The notes below the pieces were generated by a model that worked only from the letters and a program-made list of their open reading frames with translations, ran no database searches and was not told the DNA's origin. DNA of 64,000 nt from Tannerellaceae bacterium (lineage in GTDB: Bacteria > Bacteroidota > Bacteroidia > Bacteroidales > Tannerellaceae): the NCBI GenBank assembly GCA_031288175.1, contig JAITRW010000024.1, positions 5,913 to 69,912 on the forward strand, read 5' to 3'. Below, in pieces: positions 15,720 to 29,482 of the stretch (position 1 is the stretch's first letter; every line of letters starts with the position of its first letter). Made by a program: the position numbers and the translations under genes.

Positions 15720-17414
15720 ATGCTGAGTTCACTGACCATTCGGGATTACGTCCTCATAGAGCGGCTGGATATCCACTTCGGTAAAGGGCTGTCGGTAGTA
15801 ACCGGTGAAACAGGAGCAGGAAAATCCATTATCCTTGGCGCTTTGGGATTGGTATTAGGGCAACGAGCCGACGGGAAAAGCATCCGCACAGGTGCGGACA
15901 AATGTCTTGTCGAAGCCCTATTCGACATAACGGCTTATGGGTTGGAAGCTTTCTTTGTAGACAACGAATTGGAATACGATGCGAAGCACTGTATCTTGCG
16001 GCGGGAATTATTTGCATCGGGCAAGTCACGAGCCTTCGTCAACGACTCGCCCGTCCAATTAACAATACTTAAAGAGTTAGGGATACGATTGATAGACATC
16101 CATTCCCAGCATGGCAATTTACTGTTGGGTAATAGTGGATTCCAATTGAAGGTGGTCGACGTCATGGCCAATAACGGGGCGCTCCTTACCGTTTACCGCG
16201 AGGAGTACGAGCGTTACCGTAAGTTGCAGAAGGAATTGGAAGCCATAGAAGTAAAAGTTCTCCAAACGAAACAGGACGAGGACTTTTTTCGTTTCCAACT
16301 TGAACAGCTCATACAGGCCAATTTAGTGGTCGGAGAACAGGAAGCTTTGGAGCACGAACAGTCCCTACTCCTCCATACGGAAGAGATCAAAGCCGGTCTT
16401 TACAAGATCAACCGTCTTTTGGAGGGCGACGAACAAGGGGCTCTCCGCCCTATAAGGGAGGCCTTATCCTCCGCCGGTGCGCTGCAAGGGTGCTATCCTG
16501 AGGCCGAAGAAATGGTCAACCGCCTCCGTAACGCTTACGTCGACCTGAGCGACCTGTCTACCGATACCGCTGTCCAACAAGAGCATATTTCATTCGATCC
16601 CGGACGTCTTGCCGCCGTCAACGAACGTCTTGACACCCTTTACCGTCTACAACAAAAACATCATCTCGGCACTGTCGAAGAATTGATAGAACTCCGCGAC
16701 GACTATGCACGGCTGTTGAATGAGATCAATTCTTTCGATGAACAGCTTGCACAAACACGCCATACGCTGGACGCGCTGCATGGAGAGCTGCTCCGTCAGG
16801 CTGCCGTCTTGCATGAGCGACGCCGTCAGGCTGCGGAAACGATGTCTCCCGAACTCACTACACGGGTCGCCGCGCTGGGGATGCCCAATGCCCGCCTCAC
16901 AGTATCCGTCTCTCAAAAAGGAGAGGCCTCGTCAGAAGGTATGGATGAAGTATGTTTCCTCTTTGCCGCTCATCGAAACGTTCCTCTACAAGCCGTGGCG
17001 CAAATTGCATCGGGGGGCGAATTGTCCCGTTTGATGCTTTGTATCAAGGCCATGATAGCGGGGTTCAGCGCCTTGCCGACCATCGTCTTTGATGAAGCGG
17101 ATACGGGAGTTTCGGGAGAGATTGCCGACAAAACGGGGGAGATTATGCAGTCGATGAGCCTCAACATGCAGGTGATCACCATCACCCACCTCCCTCAAAT
17201 CGCGGCCAAGGGGCAGGCTCATTATCTCGTTTACAAGGAAGATACTCACGAACATACGGCCACCGCTATCTGTCTTCTTGACGAAGGGGAGCGTATCCGC
17301 GAAATAGCCCGCATGCTTAGCGGCGCCTCCCTGACAGAAGCGTCACTGGCCAATGCGCGGGAGCTGCTACGTCCTGTTATTCTTCAAGGACGTCGACAGG
17401 AATCTGACGTTTGA
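15720..17414 (+). CDS. recN: DNA repair protein RecN
   Basis: Start at MLSSLTIRDYVLIERL. Walker A GETGAGKSI, long coiled-coil middle, SGGELSRLML, FDEADTGVSG. Confidence 0.92.
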   Translation: MLSSLTIRDYVLIERLDIHFGKGLSVVTGETGAGKSIILGALGLVLGQRADGKSIRTGADKCLVEALFDITAYGLEAFFVDNELEYDAKHCILRRELFASGKSRAFVNDSPVQLTILKELGIRLIDIHSQHGNLLLGNSGFQLKVVDVMANNGALLTVYREEYERYRKLQKELEAIEVKVLQTKQDEDFFRFQLEQLIQANLVVGEQEALEHEQSLLLHTEEIKAGLYKINRLLEGDEQGALRPIREALSSAGALQGCYPEAEEMVNRLRNAYVDLSDLSTDTAVQQEHISFDPGRLAAVNERLDTLYRLQQKHHLGTVEELIELRDDYARLLNEINSFDEQLAQTRHTLDALHGELLRQAAVLHERRRQAAETMSPELTTRVAALGMPNARLTVSVSQKGEASSEGMDEVCFLFAAHRNVPLQAVAQIASGGELSRLMLCIKAMIAGFSALPTIVFDEADTGVSGEIADKTGEIMQSMSLNMQVITITHLPQIAAKGQAHYLVYKEDTHEHTATAICLLDEGERIREIARMLSGASLTEASLANARELLRPVILQGRRQESDV

Positions 17415-17847
17415 AAGCCTCCTTAAAAGAGATGAGCGATTCCGTCCTCGAAAGGCCCAGCGGCTGCAATTTGTGGTGAATGATACTCAACAGGTGGCGG
17501 TTATTGCGTGCGTATATTTTGATAAACAAATCGTAAGGCCCTGTCGTATAATGACACTCCACTACCTCCGGGATTTTTGCCAATGCTTCTGTGACGGTAG
17601 AAAACTGCCCCGGCGATTGCAGGTACAATCCCATATAGGCGCATGTTTCATAGCCTACTTTCATATTGTCTACGGTGTACTCGGCACCTGTAATTACTCC
17701 CATGTTCGTCAACTTCTGTATCCGTTGATGAATAGCTGCACCGGACACATTACATTCACGCGCTACCTCAAGGAAAGGCATACGGGCATTACCGATTATC
17801 ATCCTGAGGATCTTCCTGTCAAGTTCATCTATCTGGTGCTGGGACAT
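17377..17847 (-). CDS. Lrp/AsnC-family transcriptional regulator
   Basis: 156 aa. The HTH region LDRKILRMIIGNARMPFLEVARECNVSGAAIHQRIQKL followed by a RAM domain. Confidence 0.9.
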   Translation of the reverse strand: MSQHQIDELDRKILRMIIGNARMPFLEVARECNVSGAAIHQRIQKLTNMGVITGAEYTVDNMKVGYETCAYMGLYLQSPGQFSTVTEALAKIPEVVECHYTTGPYDLFIKIYARNNRHLLSIIHHKLQPLGLSRTESLISFKEAFKRQIPVDVLEE

Positions 17848-17921
17848 GGTTACGTCGGGTTAGCTGTTAGTGTTGTTAGTGTTCATTCTTGCAAAGATAA
17901 CATACCTTTACGACTTCAAAA

Positions 17922-19274
17922 ATGAGAAGGCCTATGATAATCTCGGCGTTAACAGCCATTTCGCCTATTGATGGAAGATACAGGAGGCAAACGGAACCCT
18001 TAGCCTCTTATTTTTCGGAGTTTGCGCTGATGAAGTACCGCGTCCGCGTAGAGGTAGAGTATTTCCTCGCACTTATTGATTTCCTACCCCACCTCGAAGC
18101 TTTACGAAGCCACTCAATAAGGCAGCCTTTGCGTGCTCTCTATGAATATTTTAGCGAGGAGGACAGCTCCCGCATCAAAGAGATCGAACAAAAAACGAAT
18201 CATGACGTCAAAGCTGTGGAGTATTTCATAAAGGAGCGTACCGCTTCTTTTCTTGCGGCCGACTATCGTGAGTTTATTCACTTCGGGTTGACCTCGCAGG
18301 ACGTCAACAATACCGCCTCCCCGTTAGCGTTGAAAGAGGCGTTTGACTGTATTTATATACCGCTTCTGACGGAGGTGAAAGACCTCCTTGATCACCAGGC
18401 GGAAGAATGGATGGCTATTCCGATGCTTGCCAAAACGCATGGTCAGTCGGCGTCGCCTACGCGGCTTGGAAAAGAGGTGCGAGTGTTTACCTATCGCCTT
18501 GAACAACAGCGTACCCTGCTTCTCTCGGTACCCTTCTCGGCTAAGTTCGGCGGAGCCACGGGCAACTTTAATGCGCATTATGCGGCCTATCCAGACGTTG
18601 ACTGGAAAACTTTTGCCGACCGTTTCGTGGCATCTCTTCAATTGACGAGGGAAACGTGGACTACGCAAATATCCAATTACGACAACCTTGCCGCCCTTTT
18701 CGATGGTCTCAAACGGATCAATACCATCCTCATCGATCTCTGCCGTGACTATTGGCAGTACATCTCGATGGGTTATTTCAAACAACGTATCAAAGCGGAC
18801 GAAGTAGGTTCCTCTGCCATGCCTCACAAGGTGAACCCTATTGACTTTGAGAATGCCGAAGGCAACCTTGGGATTGCCAACGCCTTGTTTGAACATCTTG
18901 CCGGTAAACTCCCCGTCTCCCGGTTGCAACGCGACCTGACCGATTCCACCGTATTACGGAATATCGGCGTCCCGCTTGCCCATACCCTTATCGCCTTTCA
19001 AAGCCTCAGTAAAGGACTCCGCAACCTGATCTTGAACAAGACGGCCATTGACAAGGATCTATCGGACAATCCTGCCGTCATTGCCGAAGGCATCCAAACC
19101 ATCCTCCGCCGCGAAGGGTTCCCTCAACCTTATGAAGCCCTCAAAAACCTTACCCGTACCCATGAAGCCCTTACCATAGAGACCTTGCACCAATTTATTG
19201 GGCAGCTGCCTATCCCCGATACGCTGAAAACCGAACTACTTTCCCTCTCCCCCTCCACCTACACCGGACTGTAA
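17922..19274 (+). CDS. purB: adenylosuccinate lyase
   Basis: SPIDGRYR N-terminal motif and SSAMPHKVNPIDFEN lyase signature. Confidence 0.93.
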   Translation: MRRPMIISALTAISPIDGRYRRQTEPLASYFSEFALMKYRVRVEVEYFLALIDFLPHLEALRSHSIRQPLRALYEYFSEEDSSRIKEIEQKTNHDVKAVEYFIKERTASFLAADYREFIHFGLTSQDVNNTASPLALKEAFDCIYIPLLTEVKDLLDHQAEEWMAIPMLAKTHGQSASPTRLGKEVRVFTYRLEQQRTLLLSVPFSAKFGGATGNFNAHYAAYPDVDWKTFADRFVASLQLTRETWTTQISNYDNLAALFDGLKRINTILIDLCRDYWQYISMGYFKQRIKADEVGSSAMPHKVNPIDFENAEGNLGIANALFEHLAGKLPVSRLQRDLTDSTVLRNIGVPLAHTLIAFQSLSKGLRNLILNKTAIDKDLSDNPAVIAEGIQTILRREGFPQPYEALKNLTRTHEALTIETLHQFIGQLPIPDTLKTELLSLSPSTYTGL

Positions 19275-19289
19275 TTATAAAAAAACTAT

Positions 19290-21080
19290 ATGGAGAAGAA
19301 GATTGCAGTAGCCGTAGTAGAGGCGGTAAAGGCCTTGTATGGGGCGGAGATAGGTACGGAAGTGATACAGGTGCAGCCGACAAAACGTGAGTTTGAAGGA
19401 CATTTGACGGTGGTGGTGTTTCCCCTGTTGGAAGTGTCGAAACGGAAACCGGAGGAAACGGGGCGATCCCTGGGTGACTATTTGGTTACACATCGCAAAG
19501 AGCTGGTAGCGGGGTTCAACGTGGTGAAGGGTTTCCTGAATATACAGGTGGCGGCAAGTTGTTGGGTGGAAGTGCTGAACGGGATACAATCAGAGGAACG
19601 TTTTGGTTTTATACCTGTAAGCGCCGAGGCGCCGCTAGTGATGATTGAATACTCGTCACCGAATACGAATAAGCCCCTCCATTTGGGGCATATCCGCAAT
19701 AATTTGCTCGGGTACAGCCTCGCCGAGATCATGCGGGCCAACGGGAAGCGGGTGGTCAGAACCAATATTGTAAACGATCGGGGTATCCATATCTGCAAGT
19801 CAATGCTGGCATGGCAGAAATGGGGAAACGGAGCGACACCGATGTCAATGGGGTTGAAAGGAGACCGGTTCGTGGGGGATTTTTACGTGCTGTTCGATAC
19901 GTATTATGAAGAAGAACAGCTAAATCTAAAGGCTGAGGGATTGACCGAAAAGGAAGCGGAACAGCGTTCGACGTTGATGGCGGAAACCCGGGAAATGCTC
20001 CGTCTCTGGGAAGCGGGCGACACGGCGATACGGCGTCTCTGGAAAGAAATGAACGAATGGGTATATGCCGGATTTGAAGAAACGTACCGACGGTTGGGGA
20101 TAGACTTCGACCGGATCTATTACGAATCGGATACTTACACGGAGGGAAAAAAAGAAGTGGAACGCGGGGTGTCGGAAGGTTTATTCGAACGGCGTGCGGA
20201 TGGTTCGGTATGGGCTGACCTCAGCGCCGAAGGGCTTGATCAAAAATTGCTTCTACGCGCCGACGGCACGTCGGTCTATATGACGCAGGATATCGGAACG
20301 GCCAAGCTTCGCTTCGATGATTATCCGATTGATAAAATGATCTACGTGGTAGGGAATGAACAGGATTATCATTTCCAAGTTCTCTCCATACTGCTGGATA
20401 AGTTGGGCTTTGCCTTTGGGAAAGGGTTGATGCATTTCTCTTACGGCATGGTAGACCTGCCCGAAGGGAAAATGAAAAGCCGTAAGGGTACGGTGGTAGA
20501 TGCCGACGACCTGATGGACGAAATGATACGGACGGCAAGGGTGATCTCTCATGATTTGGGGAAACAGGAGGATTTCTCCACAGAAGAAGCCGAAGAGATA
20601 GCCCGCCTGGTAGGGCTTGGCTCACTTAAATATTTTATCCTCAAAATAGATCCCCACAGGAACATCACTTTCAATCCGAAAAAATCAATTGATTTCAACG
20701 GGAACACCGGTTCTTTCATACAGTATACGTATGCACGTATCCGATCCGTGCTACGTAAAGCAAAAGAACAAGGTTTTACGGTTCCCGACCGGCTCCCTTC
20801 CGACACTCCTTTGGCGTCAAAAGAGGAAGCGCTCATTCAATTACTTGCCACTTTTCCGCTTCTTGTCCAAGAAGCGGGAGAACGGTACAGTCCTGCCCTT
20901 GTGGCTAACTATGTCTATTCCCTGGCGAAGGAATACAACCAATTCTACCATGACTACGCCATCCTGCGCGAAACAAATCTATCGGTGCGTACACTGCGGC
21001 TGATGCTCTCGTACAACACGGCAAAAATCATTCATTCAGGGATGTCACTGTTAGGTATCGCATTACCGGAACGGATGTAA
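19290..21080 (+). CDS. argS: arginine--tRNA ligase
   Basis: 596 aa. SSPNTNKPLHLGHIRN (HIGH region), MKSRKG (KMSK-like), and the typical C-terminal ...PERM. Confidence 0.95.
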   Translation: MEKKIAVAVVEAVKALYGAEIGTEVIQVQPTKREFEGHLTVVVFPLLEVSKRKPEETGRSLGDYLVTHRKELVAGFNVVKGFLNIQVAASCWVEVLNGIQSEERFGFIPVSAEAPLVMIEYSSPNTNKPLHLGHIRNNLLGYSLAEIMRANGKRVVRTNIVNDRGIHICKSMLAWQKWGNGATPMSMGLKGDRFVGDFYVLFDTYYEEEQLNLKAEGLTEKEAEQRSTLMAETREMLRLWEAGDTAIRRLWKEMNEWVYAGFEETYRRLGIDFDRIYYESDTYTEGKKEVERGVSEGLFERRADGSVWADLSAEGLDQKLLLRADGTSVYMTQDIGTAKLRFDDYPIDKMIYVVGNEQDYHFQVLSILLDKLGFAFGKGLMHFSYGMVDLPEGKMKSRKGTVVDADDLMDEMIRTARVISHDLGKQEDFSTEEAEEIARLVGLGSLKYFILKIDPHRNITFNPKKSIDFNGNTGSFIQYTYARIRSVLRKAKEQGFTVPDRLPSDTPLASKEEALIQLLATFPLLVQEAGERYSPALVANYVYSLAKEYNQFYHDYAILRETNLSVRTLRLMLSYNTAKIIHSGMSLLGIALPERM

Positions 21081-21616
21081 TCTTCGACCTTCTTGACGGC
21101 ATGGTGATAGGAGGCTTTGAGAGCGCCGACGGAAGTGCCGAGAATCTCCGCTATCTCTTCGTATTTCATTTCGTCGAAATACTTCATGTTGAAGACCTGC
21201 CTTTGCCTTCTGGGAAGGCGGAGAATGGCCTCCTGCAAACGGGCTTGTGCGGCGTCACCGTCGAAAAAACTGTCGGCGGTAAGATGTTCGGCAAGGAAGA
21301 GATCGGCCTCTTCGAGGGAAATATTGTTTCGAGCCTGTTGTTTACCTAAAAAAGTAAGACACTCGTTGACGGCAATCTTGTAAAGCCAGGTAGAAAGTTT
21401 GGCCTCTCCGCGAAAGTTATCAAGACTGGTCCATGCTTTCAAGAACGTATTTTGGAGGAGGTCGTTGGCATCGTCATGATTCAAGACCATTTTACGAATC
21501 TGCCAGTAGAGCTTTTGTCCGTAAGCATCAACCATATCGGCAAAACCTTGCCGCTGAATAAGAGTATCTACATGGCGCAGCTTCTCTAAAAGGCGGTCAT
21601 CGGCGCTTGGCTTCAT
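21032..21616 (-). CDS. RNA polymerase sigma-70 family (ECF-type) sigma factor
   Basis: Region 2 LLQNTFLKAWTSLDNFRGEAKLSTWLYKIAVNECL and region 4 YEEIAEILGTSVGALKASYHHAVKK. Start uncertain: 21616 or 21640. Confidence 0.85.
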   Translation of the reverse strand: MKPSADDRLLEKLRHVDTLIQRQGFADMVDAYGQKLYWQIRKMVLNHDDANDLLQNTFLKAWTSLDNFRGEAKLSTWLYKIAVNECLTFLGKQQARNNISLEEADLFLAEHLTADSFFDGDAAQARLQEAILRLPRRQRQVFNMKYFDEMKYEEIAEILGTSVGALKASYHHAVKKVEDYIRSGNAIPNSDIPE

Positions 21617-22373
21617 CCCAGAGGCGGTTCTGTTCGTCAAGGGTCAAGTCTTTGAGCGCCCGTCCTTGTTCCGACACACGTTGCTCCATATAGTTGAAAC
21701 GGGTAATGAACTTACGGTTAGTACGTTCCAAAGCATTGTCCGGATCAATTTTGTAAAGGCGTGCGGCATTGATGAGACTGAAAAAAAGGTCTCCGAATTC
21801 CTCCTCCATACGGTCGGCTTCCATACGGTCGATCTCTATTCCCAGCTCGGAAAACTCTTCCCGCACCTTATCCCATACCTGTTCGCGAAATTCCCAATCG
21901 AAACCGGCATTACGCGCCTTATCCTGTATGCGGTGGGCTTTGACGATGGAAGGTAGTGCGAGGGGCACACCTTCGAGAACCGTTTTATTACCTCCCTTCT
22001 CTTTCAATTTGAGCTGCTCCCAATTCTGTTCCACTTGTTGAGAAGTATCGGCGTCCGTGGAACCAAAAACGTGCGGATGGCGGTAGATGAGTTTTTGGCA
22101 AAGCGTATTACAGACATCCCCGATATCGAAAGTTCCCTTTTCTTCAGCGATTAAGGCATAAAAGACAACGTGCAGGAGGAGGTCGCCAAGTTCTTTCCGG
22201 ATGTCTTCGTTATCATCGCGAATAAGGGCGTCGCAAAGCTCGTAAACCTCTTCGATAGTATTTGTACGCAAACTCTCGTTCGTTTGTTTCTTGTCCCAAG
22301 GACACTTCTGTCGTAATTCCTCCATTACGTCCAACAACCTCCCGAAAGCTTCCAGTCGTTCTTTCCTATTCAT
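21597..22373 (-). CDS. mazG: nucleoside triphosphate pyrophosphohydrolase MazG
   Basis: LRQKCPWDKKQT...EEVYE, EELGDLL, and a second MazG repeat EEFGDLFFSL. Confidence 0.9.
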   Translation of the reverse strand: MNRKERLEAFGRLLDVMEELRQKCPWDKKQTNESLRTNTIEEVYELCDALIRDDNEDIRKELGDLLLHVVFYALIAEEKGTFDIGDVCNTLCQKLIYRHPHVFGSTDADTSQQVEQNWEQLKLKEKGGNKTVLEGVPLALPSIVKAHRIQDKARNAGFDWEFREQVWDKVREEFSELGIEIDRMEADRMEEEFGDLFFSLINAARLYKIDPDNALERTNRKFITRFNYMEQRVSEQGRALKDLTLDEQNRLWDEAKRR

Positions 22374-22464
22374 CGTAGCCCAATTAATTTGACGCCGCAA
22401 AAATATCCCTTTTTTCCCTTCTTCGGGCAGTTTACCGTTACGGAGACGAAGGACGTATTATCAC

Positions 22465-22472
22465 TACCTTTG
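22465..22472 (+). promoter_or_regulatory. -7 promoter box TAccTTTG upstream of lgt
   Basis: Consensus match, 61 nt before the lgt ATG. Confidence 0.5.
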
Positions 22473-22532
22473 CGGGCAAGAGAAGCCCCGCCTGTTTGGG
22501 GGGAAACAAAAAGATAATAGACAAGGACAGTT

Positions 22533-23378
22533 ATGGGATTGTCGGAATATGCAGGGAGTATATTGAGTTATGTGACGTGGACGGCCGACCCGACCCTATT
22601 CAGCGTGGGAGGACGGGAAATTAGATGGTACGGCCTGGCATTCGCCATTGGTTTTGCCGTAGGGTATAAAATCATGGAGAAAATGTGGGACAGAGAAAAA
22701 CTGCCGCCTGCACAACTGGAATCGTTGCTGGTGTATACCGTCGTGGGAACCATACTTGGCGCGAGATTGGGACATTGTTTATTCTATGCTCCAGGTTATT
22801 ACCTGTCTAATCCCGTAGAAATCCTGAAGGTATGGGAAGGAGGCCTGGCAAGCCACGGCGGTACATTGGGCGTGATGCTCTCTATGTACGTCTACTCCAA
22901 ACGTGTTTCACACCAAAGAATACTGTGGACGTTCGACCGACTAGCCGTACCCACGGGCTTTGTGGCGGCAATGATACGGTTAGGTAACCTGATGAATCAC
23001 GAAATATACGGACATACTACCGATGCCGTTTGGGCTTTTCGTTTTATAGAAAACCTGGGGAAATGGAAAAATGGCGCGGCGCCGGTCTTTTCAGCGCCTT
23101 CCCACCCTACCCAGCTGTACGAAACCGGTTTCTACTTACTGACTTTTGCCTTGTGTACATGGCTTTATTTCAAAAAAGGGATGGCACAGAAGGAAGGCTT
23201 TATCTTCGGTATCTTTATGATTTGTGTTTTCGGGTCGCGGTTTCTGGTGGAGTTCGTCAAAAATGACCAGGAAGCGTTTGAAGCCGGTATGGCCTTGAAT
23301 ATGGGACAGTTACTGAGTATCCCTTTTGTAGCGGCAGGCTTTTGGTTTGCCTTTCGTTCTTTAAGGGCAAGAGGCTGA
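22533..23378 (+). CDS. lgt: prolipoprotein diacylglyceryl transferase
   Basis: [20 protein letters not shown], multiple TM helices. Confidence 0.92.
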   Translation: MGLSEYAGSILSYVTWTADPTLFSVGGREIRWYGLAFAIGFAVGYKIMEKMWDREKLPPAQLESLLVYTVVGTILGARLGHCLFYAPGYYLSNPVEILKVWEGGLASHGGTLGVMLSMYVYSKRVSHQRILWTFDRLAVPTGFVAAMIRLGNLMNHEIYGHTTDAVWAFRFIENLGKWKNGAAPVFSAPSHPTQLYETGFYLLTFALCTWLYFKKGMAQKEGFIFGIFMICVFGSRFLVEFVKNDQEAFEAGMALNMGQLLSIPFVAAGFWFAFRSLRARG

Positions 23379-24203
23379 GCGGTCTCCTCCCATACGGTTA
23401 ATGAGGGCTGTGAAAAGACTTGTCAAGGTAGCGGCAGCCCGTTCGGCGGCCCGGATGACGTCAGCCCCATCGTTCACAAGTCCTTCGGCACAACGATAAC
23501 CTTCGTTAGTGATGACGGACATGCCGAAGACACGCATACCGGCGTGACGGGCGACAATGACTTCCGGTACGGTACTCATTCCGATGGCATCCCCACCTCC
23601 CCTGGCATAAAAAGCATATTCAGTCGGCGTTTCGAAGGAGGGTCCGGTCAGTCCGACATAGACGCCTTTGCGGACGACAAAATTCAACCGTTCCGCTTCT
23701 TCTTCCATCCAACGGATATAGGTGAGGTCGTAAGCATACGTCATATCAGGAAAGCGAGGTCCGAAACGATCTTCATTAGGTCCGATAAGCGGGTTGGGCA
23801 TCATATTGATATGGTCGCGAATAATCATCAAATCGCCTGTATGGAAAGTGGGATTTATCCCTCCGGCAGCATTGGAGACAAGAAGGGTGCGGACGCCGAG
23901 GAGATGTAACACGCGAATGGGGTAGGTGACTTGCTGCATGGTATAGCCTTCGTAGTAGTGAAAACGGCCTTGCAGTACCCAGAGAGGAACCCCCTGCAAA
24001 CATCCGCAGAGAAGGCGTCCACGATGTCCTTCGACAGTAGAGGAAGGGAAATATGGAATTTCTGCATAAGGAATAGAGACAGCTCCTGTAAGCTGTTCGG
24101 CGAGCGCCCCGAGACCACTACCCAAAATCACTGCCAATGCAGGGCGTAACGGTATGCGCCCTGCAAGGAAACCGGCAGAAGTTGTTTCTTTGTTCATGTC
24201 CAT
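23361..24203 (-). CDS. purine nucleoside phosphorylase (inosine/guanosine type, PNP family 2)
   Basis: [44 protein letters not shown]. Confidence 0.9.
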   Translation of the reverse strand: MDMNKETTSAGFLAGRIPLRPALAVILGSGLGALAEQLTGAVSIPYAEIPYFPSSTVEGHRGRLLCGCLQGVPLWVLQGRFHYYEGYTMQQVTYPIRVLHLLGVRTLLVSNAAGGINPTFHTGDLMIIRDHINMMPNPLIGPNEDRFGPRFPDMTYAYDLTYIRWMEEEAERLNFVVRKGVYVGLTGPSFETPTEYAFYARGGGDAIGMSTVPEVIVARHAGMRVFGMSVITNEGYRCAEGLVNDGADVIRAAERAAATLTSLFTALINRMGGDRSASCP

Positions 24204-24787
24204 AATGTAGGGTGAGAAGATGTAAACGAACGCCTGTGAAGAGGGGAAAGACCATAACGGAGAATGGCTTGACGGTGAAAACGAGTGGGATAGCCTTTAT
24301 TCCGACTCCAATCATAAGAAGGATAAAGAGGGGCAAGGAGTTTCATATAATCATCACGGTAGGTCTTGGCAAGGACGGAAGCGGCAGCGATAGAGAAGTA
24401 AAGTGCATCGCCATGTGGTATGGCAGTATGAGCGATGCCGGGGTAAGGAGTGAAATGGGGACCGTCGATGAGGAGATGCTGTGGAGGAAAAGGCAGGAGG
24501 GCGATAGCACGGTGCATGGCTAAAATAGAAGCATGGAGGATATTGAGACGGTCTATTTCTTTAGGAGAGGCAACGGCAACAGCCCAAGCGACAGCCTCCT
24601 CTTCGATAAAGGGACGGAGCGCATAGCGTTGTTTTTCTGTGAGCTGCTTACTGTCGTTAAGCGTGGGGTGGCAAAAATCAGGAGGCAGGATGACGGCAGC
24701 GGCAAAGACGTCTCCTGCAAGACATCCTCTTCCGGCTTCGTCGCAACCGGCTTCCACACGGTGTACGTTCAAACAAGAGAGAAGCAT
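24194..24787 (-). CDS. rnhB: ribonuclease HII
   Basis: Start at MLLSCLN. Contains [18 protein letters not shown] and [11 protein letters not shown]. Its start shares one base with the stop of the upstream VanZ-like gene (TGATG). Confidence 0.9.
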   Translation of the reverse strand: MLLSCLNVHRVEAGCDEAGRGCLAGDVFAAAVILPPDFCHPTLNDSKQLTEKQRYALRPFIEEEAVAWAVAVASPKEIDRLNILHASILAMHRAIALLPFPPQHLLIDGPHFTPYPGIAHTAIPHGDALYFSIAAASVLAKTYRDDYMKLLAPLYPSYDWSRNKGYPTRFHRQAILRYGLSPLHRRSFTSSHPTLWT

Positions 24788-25200
24788 CAGTCCGGATCGG
24801 GAGGACGGTGGAGATAAGGACGCAAGCCGAACCAAGCAAGCAGCCCTGCAAGAAAAACTCCAGCCACATTCATAACGACATCATAGACGTCGGCAGTCCG
24901 GTAGTCTGTGAGCAGTCCTTGCAAATACTCGGTAAGTATTCCGAGCAAGGCCGGTATCAAGGTAGCGAAAAGAAAGGCGCGGACGGGACGGAACACACTG
25001 TCGACAGTCGGCGTATGGGAGCGGAGATATTCAAACCAGAAAATTCCGGAGAGGAACGTGTACATGGCAAGATGTATCCACTTATCCATATCATCCGGCG
25101 TCTCCACCTCAGGGGGCTTAATAAAGGAGAGGGTAAGCACAATGATGACCAACAGGATTGAGAATGGATAAGTATGCAGATAATACGAGAGTTGTTTCAT
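24787..25200 (-). CDS. VanZ-like family membrane protein
   Basis: Start at MKQLSYY (ATGA overlap with the sufS stop). DKWIHLAMY and TEYLQ....[13 protein letters not shown] fit the VanZ pattern. Confidence 0.68.
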   Translation of the reverse strand: MKQLSYYLHTYPFSILLVIIVLTLSFIKPPEVETPDDMDKWIHLAMYTFLSGIFWFEYLRSHTPTVDSVFRPVRAFLFATLIPALLGILTEYLQGLLTDYRTADVYDVVMNVAGVFLAGLLAWFGLRPYLHRPPDPD

Positions 25201-26414
25201 TGGAGTATGGTTTGTACTTGCAAAAGAGCTTGCAAGAAAATGTCTATTTCTGTTTTTGTGTTGTAGAAGGCAAAGGAGGCACGGACGGTACCTTCGATAC
25301 CAAGATGTTGCATGAGAGGTTGCGCGCAATGATGTCCTGTACGAACGGCTATACCAAAACGGTCAAGTAGAAGGCCTGCATCGTAAGGGTGGATATTGGG
25401 CAGGAGGAAGGAAAGGACAGCACTTTTATGGGGAGCCTGCCCGAAAATACGTATGCCGGAGATAGCCGAAAGGCTGTCTGTGGCGTAACGCAGGAGGTCT
25501 GTTTCATGTTCGGCAATAGAGTCAAGTCCGATACGGGAAACGTAGTCGAGTGCAGTAGCGAAGGCAGTACTACCAATATAATCGGGAGTACCGGCTTCAA
25601 ATTTATAGGGCAATTCGTTAAATGTAGTGTGCTCAAAAGAGACAGCTGCAATCATTTCACCCCCACCTTGATAGGGAGGGAGGAGATCAAGGTATTTTTC
25701 TTTGCCATAGAGAATACCTATACCCGTAGGGCCATAGACTTTATGGGCAGAGAATGCATAGAAATCAGCATCAAGAGCTTGCACGTCAACGGGCAGATGC
25801 GGGACGGCCTGGGCGCCATCCACAAGGACGGGAACGTCATGCGCATGCGCTTCGGCAATCATTGATTGCACGGGATTAATTGTTCCAAGTACGTTGGATA
25901 CATGCGTAACAGCCACTAACCGCGTGCGTGGGGAAAAGAAAGCATGGTAAGCATCCAGATCCATCTCACCAAGCTCATTGACAGGAATAATTCTAAGACG
26001 GATACCTCGACGGGCCATTTGCAGTTGCCAGGGAACGATGTTAGAGTGGTGTTCCATGGCGGAGAGTATCACTTCATCACCTTCGGTGAACGCGATTTCG
26101 GCAAACGAGGAAGCGACAAGATTAATAGCTTCCGTTGTTCCACGCGTAAAAATAATTTCGTGAGGATGTTCGGCATGAATGAATTGTTGCACGGCACGAC
26201 GTGCGTTTTCGTGGGCTTCGGTAGCTTGTTGACTGAGGAAATGAACACCCCGGTGTACGTTGGCATTTGCGTCGTAATAAGCTTTACGAATCTGTTCTAC
26301 AACGGATTGAGGTTTTTGCGTGGTGGCGGCGTTGTCAAAGTAAACAAGGGACTTGTCATGGACAGTCCGAGAGAGAATAGGGAAGTCATTACGGAGAATT
26401 TGTATATCCAACAT
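25197..26414 (-). CDS. sufS: cysteine desulfurase SufS
   Basis: 405 aa. YFDNAATTQKP, NVHRGVH, SAHKVYGPTGIG (PLP Lys), RTGHHCAQP (catalytic Cys). Confidence 0.93.
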   Translation of the reverse strand: MLDIQILRNDFPILSRTVHDKSLVYFDNAATTQKPQSVVEQIRKAYYDANANVHRGVHFLSQQATEAHENARRAVQQFIHAEHPHEIIFTRGTTEAINLVASSFAEIAFTEGDEVILSAMEHHSNIVPWQLQMARRGIRLRIIPVNELGEMDLDAYHAFFSPRTRLVAVTHVSNVLGTINPVQSMIAEAHAHDVPVLVDGAQAVPHLPVDVQALDADFYAFSAHKVYGPTGIGILYGKEKYLDLLPPYQGGGEMIAAVSFEHTTFNELPYKFEAGTPDYIGSTAFATALDYVSRIGLDSIAEHETDLLRYATDSLSAISGIRIFGQAPHKSAVLSFLLPNIHPYDAGLLLDRFGIAVRTGHHCAQPLMQHLGIEGTVRASFAFYNTKTEIDIFLQALLQVQTILQ

Positions 26415-26447
26415 TGGAGGGGAAAGCTTTAAAGGCGTTTTTTTGTT

Positions 26448-29439
<2,992 letters not shown>

Positions 29440-29482
29440 TTATAGCTTGTCGTTATTCTTCAGTACACTTTTAAAGGGATTG

